This document shows positions 1 through 13,047 of a stretch of DNA of 64,000 nt, in pieces. The stretch covers positions 14,976,912 to 15,040,911 of the forward strand of contig NC_092675.1 in the NCBI RefSeq assembly GCF_964355755.1. Direction: 5' to 3'. Below the pieces are notes generated by a model. It saw nothing but the letters and a program-made list of their open reading frames with translations, had not been told where the DNA came from and did not search any database. Within the stretch, counting starts at the first letter, position 1, and each line of letters begins with the position of its first letter. Both the position numbers and the translations under genes were made by a program. This DNA comes from Antedon mediterranea. Taxonomy: Eukaryota > Animalia > Echinodermata.

Positions 1-825
1 ACTAATGTAAATACAGTATAGCCTAGGCCTACTGAGTTTTATTAGGCCTAGGCTAGTAATAATAGTATATAAACAAAATAATGAGGATACATTAGCTGAT
101 TGAATTACCAACAATAAAAGCAAGCATATGTCGTTTTTATTTAGACTGGTTGATATTTCTATATACAATGACTTTTTTATAGATAGTTGTAGTTGTATAT
201 GGCAATGCGCAATGATTCTATCAAATTGATATCTGGAGATGAAAAGACTTTTGTTTCATCATAATGCAATGAATTAAAGTATTAATGTTGTCTACAGTAT
301 AAGAAAAATAGTATGTTGTTTTTGTTTTTATTTATCGTCATTTATAAATTAGTAATGATTGTTTTTAATAAATTATATACCTACCAGTTTCTTTGATTTC
401 TTCAATAATAAGCGATCTGGTATGGTTATTCTTCTGCTCTACAATTGAGTATTTGCTGAACAACGGAATGCTATTTAATTCCAGTTTTAGATCCTTCACA
501 ATACTTATGGCAAGTCCATTGACTGCTCGTCAAAAGTTGACTAGCATGCCAGTGATCAAATGCAATATTATGTTTATTAGAAGCAAACATTTCACAGTTA
601 GTAAACAAAAAAAAGCATTTTATTAGTCTACTGTAATTTTATTATAGAATTGTGCTCAGTTTACCTTGCAACATTTATGAACATGATTGCCGATAAAGGC
701 TTTTCCATGATACGCTTGCCTGTCGAATTTATGCTTCTTTAACATATTGTCCATCGCTGTAGTTAGTGGCTTAGCACCCTCATCTTTTTCTATTGATTTT
801 TCCTATGAAATTTAACAAACACTGT

Positions 826-3800
826 CAAATCAACTCAAATCTTTATTCGTTCCATATATAAAAAGTGTATATGGAAAAATTGTTTTTCTCGACAGAAAAA
901 TATGGTAAAACATTCACAATTACATCATACATAGAACAAAAAATTAAATTTAAAAACATTAATTTAAACATCCATCAACTGTAAAACTTTAAAATATATA
1001 TTACATGTGCACTGATCTAACAATCTTTGAGGTAAAAATATGAGTTGAATTTTGTACAAAAGACAGTCGGTTTCTTGACGTATCAGCTCTAGGAGCCTGT
1101 AGCTGGTCTGACTTATAAAATCACATATGTCATGGATGTTTCTTATCTTCTAAAATGTTACTTAATTTACTTTGGACCTGTTTTTCATAAAGATATTTTA
1201 AATCATTAACCGTACAACCAATTATATTTGAGACATTTCTTGTGTGTTTCATTTAAATTACCGAACCAAGTAATAAAAGAGATAACTAGTACTGATTGAA
1301 TAACTGTTTCATAGAATAATTTCAAAGTACAACAGCTAACATTAAAGAAATATAACTTTTGGTGACCTTTCTTAATTATCTCGGCCTCATTTTTTTCAAA
1401 GCTAAGTTGATCATCAATATGTGTACCAAGATATTTGGTTTCATGAACACGTTCAATTATTTTATTTTTCTTTTTTCTAAAATAACATGTAATTTCTTTA
1501 GTTAAAATTAATCTTAAGGCAATTCTTAATTACTTAATTAATAGTCTTAAACATTAATTTAACATATTCAGCCTTATACACATGATCGTCAGTATTTTTC
1601 AACAGACCAATCAGTACCATGTCATCTGCGTATTTAATTATATGACACATGCTACATGAAGATCGACATTCGCTGGTATATATTGTAAATGAACTTGGTG
1701 ACAGACAACACCCCCGGGGATGCGCCAGTGTTGATCCTTCTCATCTCTGAGATAGATTTACTAACTTTAACATACTGTAGCCGATTTGTAAGAAAATCAC
1801 CAACCCACAGAGCAAGGTAATTAAGGATTACCCTTCCATTCAGACATTTTATTCATTAAAATGTGAGGCTGCATCGCGTTAAATGCAGATGAAAAGTCTA
1901 TGAATAGCCCTGAAGCATAGGTCCCCTTCTTATCTAAATGTGAAACCAATAGAATAGATCTTTTAATGCCACTGGTCTAAAGTCGTTGATTTTAGGGTTA
2001 CAAATTTTCGGAACAGGTATTATCTCCGAGACCTTCCATAGATCAGGTACCACCCCTGTGTTCAGTGAACACTGGAAAAGCTGGCTTATTTTTTGGGGAA
2101 ACTGAGAGGCACATGATCTAATCAAATGCCTTGATACACCGTCCAGACCCTTTGCTTTACTAACATTTACCCTTTCCATATATTTCTTAACATTATCAAT
2201 TTTTATTGCACTTTTATCATTCATTTCATTTTTAAACCCTTCAGCAGATACATTTATTTCACCAAATCTAGAATAAAAAATATTAAAATCATTTGGTTTA
2301 AAACTGTGTTCAATTTCATTATTTTTCTTCCCCACACCCTTAATTTTCTCCTTTTCTCCATTCCAGGCCTGACGGGTGTCCCGGCACTTGAATTTGTTCT
2401 CAATTTTTTCTCCATATTCTTTTTTACATGCTTTGATTTTCTTATTTACACATTCTTTAATCTTTTTCTTTTCCATCTCGTTGCATTTGTTTTTGGATGA
2501 ATATATTTCTTAAGTAATTCCTTTCTTACATCTTTTGTGAGCCAAAGATCAGATTTTGACAGAATTTTATGTACTAGATGGTACGCTCGCTTCGCTCGTG
2601 TACCATCTAGGTCGTGCCCACAGATGGTTCTCGAATACATAATAATTTCAGCTTAAAAAACTGGCGATTTCAAATGTACGTACCGCAGGCTGTACAGGAA
2701 CGAATAAATAGACACTGTGATTTATGTACTCAACTAAAATTAGCACCATGGGAATTACTTCCGAAAGAGAAGCTTGTCACAAAATGAGACCAATTGTTTA
2801 AGTCAAATTTAAACAAACTTAATTTGTGTTTTGTATGTAACATTAGGGTTGAGGGATGCGGAAGAGGATGGGTGCAAAAAGGAAAAATTTTTAAATATAT
2901 TCTTTATCCATTTAGTAACGAAATATTAATTGAACTTATTCAACCTTATGTTCCTAAGCGGTCTCTGAGATCTAGATCTGAGTCTCTTCTTGCCCATATA
3001 TTTCATCCTTCCACTAAGTTTAATGAAAACCACCTCTATTCGGGGAAAATCATAAATTTGATTTAATCGTCAATAAGTATTAAATTATCTAACTCGACTT
3101 AATTAGTAGGCCTAATGGTTTTCAATTGTTTCTTAGAGCCAATTCATACTTAAGTTGGTTCCTACCCTACCCACCAAAGTTGTTCTGCGTTTAGGGCATG
3201 TGATGTAGGCTACCGTAGGCCTATCCTCTACTGGTTTTACAACGCTACTAATGCCAGTGAGGGAAGGGTGATGATGTGGGTGGTTTAACTGCAATAATAA
3301 AGATTTATACATAATATACGGCGAGTGAAAACGCTAGCTCTTTATCCGTTCAAAAAAAATGTATATTATATCCAACCTCTGCAGCACAGATTGAAAAAAA
3401 AATGGATCGAATTTCTGTTATGAGTATACAGTACTTGCCTTTACGACGCCTGAGGGAATAGACACTTGTGGAACAGAGATTGGAATGTTCCATTCATCGC
3501 AAATCAATACATTTGTATAAACGTATATTAAATCTATCAAAATAGTATTTTTTAAAGAAAATCGGCCTTTCATCAACATTATGATGCTGTACTCTAGCTG
3601 TTCAACCGGTTTTCAGCTATTAAAAACAATTATCGTAGGAGGAGATAGGAAAATGCGAAGCCTCCTCGCATTTTTGTGGCAGGTATTTTTCAAGATGGAC
3701 ATCCATTAGACAGTGTATACCACGATCGGAAAACACCCCTATTTGGGGCAAATCGTTGAACCTAAATTCGTTTTAATCGTCAATAACTAATTATCTAACT

Positions 3801-4070
3801 TAATTTAATTAGTAAACAGGGTTACATCAGGTGGTTAAAATCAGTACCGAAAGTACGAACCAACTTTATATACCATCGAGTAAAAATTCTAGAAGTAAGG
3901 CGCGATTTACCGAATTTTGCCCTTACGTAAATGTATATATAGATTCAAAAATTGCTATAGTAGCCTCATTTAAAGTTTCTGAAGAGTCCATAAACATATT
4001 CCAATCAGTGGCTTTTAGTTAGATTAGAATAATGCATTACAGTTAAAATGCCTTGTATCACATAGTTTTT
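826..4070 (-). mobile_element. Rex1/Babar-like non-LTR retrotransposon remnant (RT region), split by a Helitron
   Basis: ORF 1934-2476 (KAKGLDGVS..WKVSEIIPVPK..NDFRPVAL); further RT motifs DFSSAFN..PHIL and IKYADD at ~1600-1900; TDWNMF at ~4000 resumes beyond the Helitron; AATAAA plus TTGA-like tail near 830-847. Confidence 0.75.
2574..3943 (-). mobile_element. Non-autonomous Helitron (1370 bp)
   Basis: Minus strand begins TC after A (3943), ends with hairpin TAGATGGTACACGAGCGAAGCGAGCGTACCATCTAG and CTAG before T (2574); no TSD; the host LINE reading continues on both sides. Confidence 0.8.
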
Positions 4071-4419
4071 TTGTAATATAGTTTTATTTGAAAATAATAA
4101 TAATAAGTCAATATCAATGTTTCCATTGACTTTCGAACTACATTTATTGATGTGTCTTTGCTAGTTTCTTCATGAGAGCCATGGGCAACAAATTGCTTGT
4201 AGTCCTCCCAGAGTTACATCATGTCTCTCTCTTCCTTGCTAAATGCCCCTGTTCATGTCTGGTGGTGTGGCAAAACAAACAACCATATTGGCCTAAGAAA
4301 TAAGGTGAATAAAAAAAAAATCTATATTACTGTAGGAACAATATTTAATTTATACCCTCAGCTGTAACATGTATATAATATTTATTTTTACTTACTATTA
4401 AGTGAAAGAAGGCCATATT

Positions 4420-5705
4420 TTTTAACTTTATTGTTTCTCTTTTATAACAGAGGCACAATTCTCAAGAGATGTGCAACAAAATAAAATAAATATGGACTTA
4501 TTTATACACAATCAAATACAAACATTTATAAAATATTATCACATTAAAAAGTATACAAACATTAGGTTATAAAAATACATTCAATACATTTGAGCAAAAG
4601 TAAAAGATTGTGTTATGGATATTATAAATTTCGTTGCATTCTTTCCGTGCAGTTGTCAAGAATAATTTACAATATTTGTCAAAGATGTTACTTGCTAATA
4701 CATAATATTGGTTATACATTGGATTTGATATTCTTCATGAATTTCTAGGTCGTCAAAAAAAAGGTGATATTTAAATTCAGGTGAGCTTGACGTGAATAAA
4801 GTCCCATATTTTATGCAAATCATTGTTGTATAGATCTTCTTTAAGTTGTTTAACTATTGAGTTTCTAATATTAATTAATCTAGTACAATTGAATACAAAA
4901 TGATCAATTGTTTCTTTTTCACCACAATTACACAACAAACATGATCCAAAATGTTGTGGTGACCAAGCTTCCTTTCTTTCTTCGAGTGGTAATGAGTTAG
5001 AACGAGCTTTGAATTTTAGACTTGATGCATGGTAGCTACGTTTTTCCAATAAGTATTTTTTCATTTTAGGTTCATTTTTATATCTTAAGTAATTTGCTAA
5101 GGATGATATAGTTTGAGCCTTGTTAAACCATGTTATGTTATCTTCTATAATATTTTTTCTTTAAAACCATTAAGCCACTTATTACAATAATCAATATTGA
5201 AAAACATTTGCAAATCAAATTTGTTTAAAATGGATTCAATCTTTTGGAGCCATTTCCAACTAAGTGTATCTTTAAGTACAAAAAGAGCTCTAAATAGTAA
5301 TCTTGGCCAGCGATGTTCTTCCATATTTTGTAGCCTATAAAAGTATGTTAAGATTCTATCCAACTGTATTGATTCAACTGATTGCCAGCCAAGTTCACCA
5401 TATAGAGCTTCCTTTGCGACATATCTGGGTGTCTTTAATAGATATCTGGCCATTTGGTATTGTAAATTTTAAATTTTTTCTATAGAGTTCTTATTATCAC
5501 ATAACCATATAGTGATTGCATAATTCATGGTTGGTATACCAATTGATTTCCAAAAAATATCACCATAGTATATTCTATTGAAGTCTTCCTGCCCATTTAT
5601 TATAGATTTTATATTAATATTACTCTATTCCCCTTTTTAACTACTTCATCAATATGGTAGGTATCTTTTATTTTCCTCGATACAAACATCCCCAAATATT
5701 TATAA
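4420..5705 (-). mobile_element. 5'-truncated LINE 3' end (RTEX-like, C-terminal CCHC finger)
   Basis: KYLG motif ~5700; ORFs 5145-5453 (EALYGELGW, RWPRLL) and 4777-5064 (CLLCNCGEKETIDHFVFNC); AATAAA near 4430. Confidence 0.7.
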
Positions 5706-8199
5706 TTATTAGTTAGTGCATTTGGCCTATCCAGGCTACAAATCTGGATTTCACACTTGGTAGAGCCGCCACCTTTGTCTCCGCCAAAGAAGAAAATGTC
5801 TTCATTATTTGGTTTAATGTTCTCTAATCTAAAATAAACAAAGAAAGTATAAGAGAATACAAAAGATTGTATGTTCTTAATTCTTACGACTGGTGCTTCT
5901 CTTTCTTTAAACCCATTTTCCCCATTAGCAGTTTCATTTTTAAATACCCTGGTTCATCATTTCTCCGTGTACATCCTGCACTTTCAAATTCTGCAGTGAA
6001 CGTATTTTACGCTCAGAGAAAAGTGTTCCTTGTGGAAGATACCTGTAAAAATATTGAGTAGTAGTACAGTAATAGTAATGGAGGTTTTATATCACTGTTG
6101 GTGAGTGGAACTATATACAGTACTGCTTTTGTTTCTACAAATTAACTACTATTTGTATGCAGTCTGCTTTGTATTACAACTTTGAACTGTTTTATTTAAA
6201 AAAAGTTTTTTTCTTTACCATTGCTGTTGCAAAATTAGTAGTTGTATTTGTGTAGTTTTAGTTTAAAAATAAGTATTGTAATAGCGTCGAGTCAAATTTT
6301 ATGTCGTTATTTCAAATATGTTTTAGTTTCAGTTTTTATTTTTCTTAGTTTTTGTATTAAATTTTGTAATTGGTATGGACGCACCAACTATGCATGTGTG
6401 CCACTGTTAAAAAAGTGTTGTTCCAAATAAATATTATTAATTATTTTTCTTGAATAAAATATTTATTTATATTTAATTATTGTTATTTACCTCCTCAGTT
6501 TACGAAGCTGCTGCTAACCAAGGTCAAAATCAGTCTTTAATGTGAGACCTACATTGGGCTGTGTTTGATGTGTTGGGCTTTTCTTACTGATGTATGTATA
6601 CTGATCTCCAACCGTTTAATTTCTGCAGACCTTCTGGTAATAGTTTTTTTAGAAATGCCTTGTAATGTTGGATTTCTGTATAACACTGACTTTCAATGGC
6701 TAAAAAATTAAAGAAACTTGCTGTATGATTTACTAAAAAAATGTACAAAAATAATATGTATTAGGTATTAAAATAGTATTTAAATACATGCTCTATGTAT
6801 TATTAATTAATAAATATTTGGGTTAACAAGTACTTACTCTGCCCTTTGTCATCAAGTTCAGTTCTTTATTCTTTTTTAGAGATTTGTGCAAGACGTGCTA
6901 ATTTGTGAAGTTCATCTGGTATGACCTCATTAATTTCACTGTTGATTCCAGTTACAGTTTTGTATTTTCTTTACCTTTTGCACTATGTACATTTATGGTG
7001 GTATAGCAATGTGTCCAAGCATACAATAGTTAGCTCTACACACAATAGTGACTGTTTACTCAATTCAGATGCCTTTGTGAGGTCAAACACATTTAAAGGA
7101 CAAGAACATTTTATACAAGGAATTGCATCACATTTAAGGGTACTAAATAATTGTGACAAACAGTGTGCACAGAATATTTGGCGACATTTAGTTTGAGACA
7201 TGGACAAGGACATAACATTTTTACAAATGGCACACATAAAACAATCTTTGGACGCATCTTTTAGTTTAAATTGATTTGGTAATGATGGCAAATTGGTATT
7301 ACAGTAGTTGATGAAAATGTACCATTGTTGTTTCTTTGGAAAGTTGTGTTTTATTTTTGACTCTCTGTTTTTAATATTAGTAAATAAATAGAATGACAAA
7401 CATAATGTTGTGTGTTCTGTTCAGTTGTATGGTGTTTGCCTTTTACTCGCATGTAGTGCAAATAAAATGTGGATGAATTTTACTATTGTCTGTGTCTTAG
7501 ACCTAAGTGATTGTGATGTAAAATGTCTGACTTAAGATTTGTAATTTTACATTTTTTGTCAGAATTTCTAAATTTATTGCCACATAAACGACAAAGCCAC
7601 AGCATTGAACTAGAGTGAAGAGACAACATTTCAACAGTTTATTTACATTTGATACACAAAATACACTAACACAGTACTGTAAACAACGTCAGAATAGGTC
7701 TAGATGAGTCTATCTTGATTGATATTTGATTGCCGACCGATTTCGTAAAATTGAGCCGATATGGAAATCTGATTTTTTATTAAAATACAGTATGACCTTG
7801 ACAGGTGACGAAGTCCCTGATTTTCAATACGCAATATTTTTTGTGTAGCAGACGATTTTCCATATTCATATTTAGCTCTAGCTCGATTTCGTGGTGGCGC
7901 TGTTTGTTCGGGAACGCTTAAATACATCACAAGTAAAACAATACAAAATAATACGAAAACCAATTTTATGTGAAATTTTCTTTTAATAACCAGTTTATTA
8001 AATATAGATAAAGCGAAAAACTATTGTAACTTTGTTTAAATTAATTTGTATAAGACTTATAAGAAGCAATTTACTATTGGTATACCTCGATCTAAAAATT
8101 GTACGACTCGCTCTTCACACTCTATTGAACACGATGTTTATAGTAACTATAGGCAGATTCGCGCCCTTTATAGTATGGCTTTTTGTCTCAAAATGATAT

Positions 8200-9350
8200 T
8201 CTCGAAAATCATTCCACCCCACCAATACACATTCGGGGTCGCTACTGGATATAAGCTCTGTGGTATACACGTGGCTCAGCTCAAAAATCGTACCACAATC
8301 CACAGACTCCAAAACACCAATTTATTTCAGTCAGGAACCGGTTTGCGGCAAACGGCAGCTATTTTTCTTTACAATTGAAACAACAACAACAATATTCATA
8401 TACCACGGGATGCCCTAAGCTTTTCCCTCATGGTTGTATTTTTTAAATCAACTTTATCTTTTTTCCATACAACCGCCAAGTTTGTCTTCACAAACCCCAC
8501 TACCAACGGTCCACCGTGTCCACATTTACATATCCACCAGCACTGTTAATTTGCATTGCTCTGACTACAAAGCGGTATGGCTGCAAGCCAAAGCCCAGTG
8601 CATCACACTGTTATTGGACACCTTTGTCTTTATCATATAAGTTAACAACTGATGATCACTCTCTAAAATAAATTCATTACCGTGTAGATATAAAATAAAC
8701 TTGGAAACTGCCCAAATCATGGCCAACCACTCGCGTTCAATAATCTCATAAGTGCGTTCATGTAGCAAAACCCATTAAGCAATGATCGCATCATTCTAGA
8801 AAAAACTGCCGGTGCATTTACCATGGCAAAAGGCAACACCTGGTAATAAAAAAGCACCTGTGATGTGACAAATGGCATTTTCTCCATATCGGACTTGCAA
8901 TAATCTGCCAATAACCCTTGAGGTCAAATTTTGAAAAAAAACTTACCCCTTCCCAATCTAGATATCAGGTCTCTGCATTTGAATTGGCTCCAGATCAATT
9001 GCTGTCACCGCATTCAACTTTCTAAAGTTTATGCAAAATCGGTTCGACCCATCAGGCTTCCTTACTAACACTAACTTACTACACCAAATTCGGTGAACAC
9101 ATCCTTAAAGCGGTCCAGTAAGCCTTCCATCTGTTTCCTCTGCCCGTCTTCTATAACTTCACTAATGGTGGTAACACCACTTCCAAAACACCATTCTTTC
9201 CACTGTCGTCTTCTTCAATTATACCAACGCCTGACATACCAACTTCACTTGTCCCCATGTCCCCAGCACATGTCTCTCTGTCTATAAATACAACTTATAG
9301 CATAAGTTTTCTCCTGACCCTTTACCACAACCCGGTACACATGTTTTGAA
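8200..9350 (-). mobile_element. Degenerate Gypsy LTR retrotransposon pol relic plus adjacent non-coding segment
   Basis: RT motifs RKPDGSNRFCINFRKLN (~9020-9065) and LPFAMVNAPAVFSRMM; RNase H IEREWLAMIWAVSKF..LESDHQLL; 8210-8490 is a diverged copy of 11027-11323. Confidence 0.7.
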
Positions 9351-9434
9351 ACCCAAATTTACAATCTCAAACAAGACCACCCCATTGCATTAATAATAAG
9401 AATATAAAATTGTATATAGCACCCCCCTCTATGT

Positions 9435-10024
9435 AAGTGGTGGCGCCAGGCAGGATTGAGCATGTTTTTTGGGGAGAAAAATATGATATCCCTACCAAAA
9501 ATAAAACAATACCCTACTGAGTGTGTCAAATCCAGAATTTTCAACTTTAAAAGCCACTAAAACATCTCGATTTTCCAGAGGCTCCACCCATGTTGCACAA
9601 TAGGTGAGGAGGCAGGCAGAATAGCAAATTTGTACCAAAAGGCTGGGTATAAAGAAGAAAAAACAAAGAGAGCTTGTGGGAAAGACAAAGAAAGGAGAAA
9701 GAATTTAGGAAATAAAAAATGTGCTGATTGTAGATCAATGCTTGTATGTATTGATAGTACTACTTTCTAGCTACTGTATGGTAGCATAGATTCAGTATTC
9801 CAAGTGTCCCACTTTCAATGAAATTTTGAAAGGTTGGGGCTGAGGTAAAACTTACAACTTTCGTCTAATTCAAAGTATAAGTACAATTTTTGGGGACCTA
9901 TGTGACCCAAGGTCTCTGTGATGTGGCTGGCTCCGTCCCCTACCCCATTATCCAACGGATACTAGGTCCGCGCACATGCCCCCCCCCCCCCCCCGCCCCC
10001 AAAAAAATCCTGGCGCCATCACTG
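9435..10024. mobile_element. hAT-type MITE
   Basis: TIR AGTG(G/A)TGGCGCCAGG at both ends; 8-bp TSD CTCTATGT at 9427-9434 and 10025-10032. Confidence 0.75.
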
Positions 10025-10949
10025 CTCTATGTTATATTAAATCAAAATAATCACCCTCTATGTTTATTTTTTGCCAAATTGAGTTTGGCTTTCCTGCTCA
10101 AATTAGTCCTAGCCTATTTTTCCTTCAAAATAGGCAAGTTATTTTCAAAATAATGTTTTTCTGAATATTTTTTATGGATTTGAGAGGCATAAAAAAGTCG
10201 GCCCTCATGTGTGAGACTCGTGCATTATGCGTGAGAGTTGGCAGGTGTTAGAAGAGTGCCTTCTGTTGTTCATCATGCTCCATCACTTGTTGTTTTATCG
10301 TCTCATGTTCTACATTCTGTTTCTTTCATTCAATACTTTCCCTCTCTTCCGAAAATGTCGACAAATCATCTCCTTCAAACCCAATTTCCAGATTTTAATA
10401 ATTTTCTCAAAATTCATATTACCGTACTTTACCCAGCCCTTCAAACCATATATTCACATGGCACAACCAATAACATGTATTATACAAACAAAACAGTTTA
10501 ATTCTCTCCAATCCTATAACAACTAGGACAACAATGTATAAAACAATACTTACAACACTGTATATTACTGTATACCAAAATAACAACAAATACAATAGAT
10601 TAGTCTTAAAAATATTTAAAAATATGCTCAGACGAAACCAACTATATCGTAACCTGGTGAGCCCACCTTTTGTCACAAATTGGTTACATATGATAATGGT
10701 GGTCGTCAGTCCTGTAACAATTGATTTAATTCTTTCGAACGCCAACCTTATTATATGCATGGATTAGATCTAATCATAACATGGATCCTAACCCAACGAG
10801 AGGGGTTATACCGAAATAGGTAGGTACCAAAACAATACTCATAGTCAGTCCAAAGTCCACAATGCTGCATCCATGGAAAACCTAAATTTCCGCACCCACT
10901 GTTCAGCTCCAGCCTTGACTTCCCAGGAATTATCAGCTGGAATACACTG

Positions 10950-11325
10950 TTCTGATGTTTTCTCCTCCCGGCGCACACCCACGACATGCACAATTCCATT
11001 GAGCCAAACAAAGTTGAACGAAAATCGTTCCACCCCATCATATCCACCTTCGGGATCACTACCGGATAGCTCTGTGGTATATACATGTAGCTCACACTCG
11101 TACCACAGACTCCAAAACACCTATTTATTTTAGTCAGAACCAGTTTACGGCGAAAGGCAGCTATTTTTCTTTACAAACAACAATATTCATATTCCCCAGG
11201 GCCAACATTAAACAGAAACGTCAACAAGTTGTGGTACCCCAGCTTTTCCCTCATGGTTGTTTTTTTTTTTATATCGACTTAATGCCTATATCTTTTTTCC
11301 ATACAACCGCCAAGTTCGCCTTCAA
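10950..11325. repeat. Second diverged copy of the non-coding segment flanking the Gypsy relic
   Basis: Shares blocks such as CACAGACTCCAAAACACC, GGCAGCTATTTTTCTTTACAA, AGCTTTTCCCTCATGGTTGT and TTTTTCCATACAACCGCCAAGTT with 8210-8490. Confidence 0.65.
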
Positions 11326-11429
11326 AAAATCCATATAATAAAACAGTAAAAGTTGCATTATTCACACACATGCTGTGGTAACAGTAGTTCTTGAGTTCAT
11401 TAGAAAAAACATTCCTTGATCTATTTATT

Positions 11430-12219
11430 CAGGGGCGGATCTAGGATTTTGATAAAGAGGGGGGCCAATATCTGAAAAATAATCGTTTTTTTTTTCTAGA
11501 TGCCCGAAGATAGCATCTGAGGCGTTTTGGCCAGTCGATTCTTGTCATATAATTATCTGAATATAGTGGGTTTTATAGACCATATTTAATAGCCTATACG
11601 GAACTGTTTTTTTTTTTTGCGCCTAAAGCCTGTTTTCCCGTCGCAAATTTTTACACATTTTTTACGCGATCGTTAATGGTTTCTTGGTTCTTTCAACGTT
11701 GCTGGGACACACGCAAAGCCAAGGCCGGTCACATGCAGTCGGGCCCGTGTGAAAATTGAAAAAGTTACGGGTTTTGATGCAACCCAGCTGGCCTAGGACA
11801 TGTTTTCGCTGATATCTTAATCTAGTTTTTACACTAAAGACAAACATTAAATTTAATTGTTTTTATATTAAAATTTAGTTTTACTTACACTTGTTATTTT
11901 GAAATATCAGATTTTAAAAGAGTACAAAAAACATCGTCGCGTTGTAAAAAATCAATAATTGTCAGCGCGTACGTATTTTTTCACAAACAATGATGACGTA
12001 ATTTATGAACTATTTGATTGGTCAGTCTGTTTTACCGATCGCAACGTTGAAGTTGAACTCGGTTCAACTTTAAACACAATTGAAGATTTTAACGATTTTT
12101 AATGTTGATTTGTACCCCCTTTTCCTGTAAAATCGTTGATAAAATCGTATGTAAATGGGTGCATTTTCTCTTACAAAAGGGGCCAGCCCGGCCCCCCCCC
12201 CCCCCTAAATCCGCCCCTG
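11430..12219. mobile_element. MITE with CAGGGGCGGAT termini (hAT-like)
   Basis: 16-bp TIR CAGGGGCGGAT(C/T)TAGG; no clean TSD seen. Confidence 0.55.
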
Positions 12220-12763
12220 TTATTTTTAATCTAAGGGGAAGCTGATTCCAAATGATGGTGTCTAACAAATGCAATTCTAAAGCGGGAGTTGAAATCATGA
12301 TTCATTCTTGTGCTCAATAATATCCAAATAATCACTTAAATCAAGTCTTTACAAAATAGATTAGAAATAAACTAGAAACAAATAATGTATAGAGCTTGTA
12401 TACATATGATATTCTAAGAAAAAGAAATAAAGGTGAAGAATGGGCGCTCAAATTTGAAAAGGTCATGCACCGTACACATTTTTTTTTTGTGTAAGAGTGG
12501 TTTTAAGTAAATTTCATATGTTCTGCCCCATACCTTAATGCCATAAATTAGATTGAATGAAAGCATATAAAGCGTAATTAAAGTAGTAATGGAAAGTGTA
12601 ATGTTGTAATTTAAATAAAATACCTATACTCTTTTCTTTTGTCCAGTAAAAACAACCCTAAAGTGATTTTGCATGGAGGTAGGGAGAAAGCACATACGTG
12701 CTATCCCCTAATCCCTCCAGGAAATAATCCTTCATTTTGATATAATATACTTTTCTGCTGCAG

Positions 12764-13042
12764 ATTTGTATATCAGGGCTCATCATTCGTTAAAACATTA
12801 GCGCTTGGTTCAGTACAGATGTGTGGAATTGTACAAACTGCACCTCTTCCAAAACTATCACCAGCCCTTCCGGATGTCCCAACCATTTCTGATGAGGATA
12901 CTGGGAAGAAAAAACAGAATATCATCACTATGGCAGCTGGTCTACCACATTTCTCAAGTGGATTTATGAGGTCATGGGGTCGTGATACATTTATCGCTTT
13001 AAGAGGGCTGCTACTTCTTACAGGACGCTTTGATGAAGCTAA
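12764..13042 (+). CDS. AGL: Glycogen debranching enzyme, internal exon (first visible)
   Basis: AG at 12762-63, GTAAGT at 13043; [57 protein letters not shown] matches the AGL glucosidase-domain entry. Confidence 0.95.
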
Positions 13043-13047
13043 GTAAG

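Larger units (their letters stand above)
385..7629 (-). mobile_element. Decayed multi-exon Chapaev/N-RAG-TP-like DNA transposase gene (RAG1-like Chapa zinc finger + RING), interrupted by LINEs and a Helitron; probably continues beyond the window start
   Basis: Manual minus-strand translation: MLSLHSSSMLWLCRLCG (H-x7-CRxCG) from ATG 7629; DNSKIHPHFICTTC after a frameshift; RING-like CAIC..C-x-Q-IFCAHC..CIKC (ORF 6983-7399). GT-AG exons 6699-6491 (PLKV..QLRKLR) and 6042-~5705 (SERKIR..GGDKGGGSTK..PN); YGLLSLNS/QYGCLFCH across 4415-4105; exon 802-665 RQAYHGKAFIGNHVHKCCK. Stops and frameshifts present; termini not located. Confidence 0.8.

Noticed and set aside
6983-7399. RING finger ORF as a host E3 ligase or a true RAG1/ProtoRAG gene
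   Set aside because: It is embedded in a frameshifted transposase with Chapaev-like core motifs; no RAG1 core motifs or RAG2-like gene were recognised.
1-12763. Further upstream AGL exons
   Set aside because: I found no plus-strand segment resembling the preceding AGL peptide (YLIPCYFD region); it probably lies outside the window, though a short exon could have been missed.
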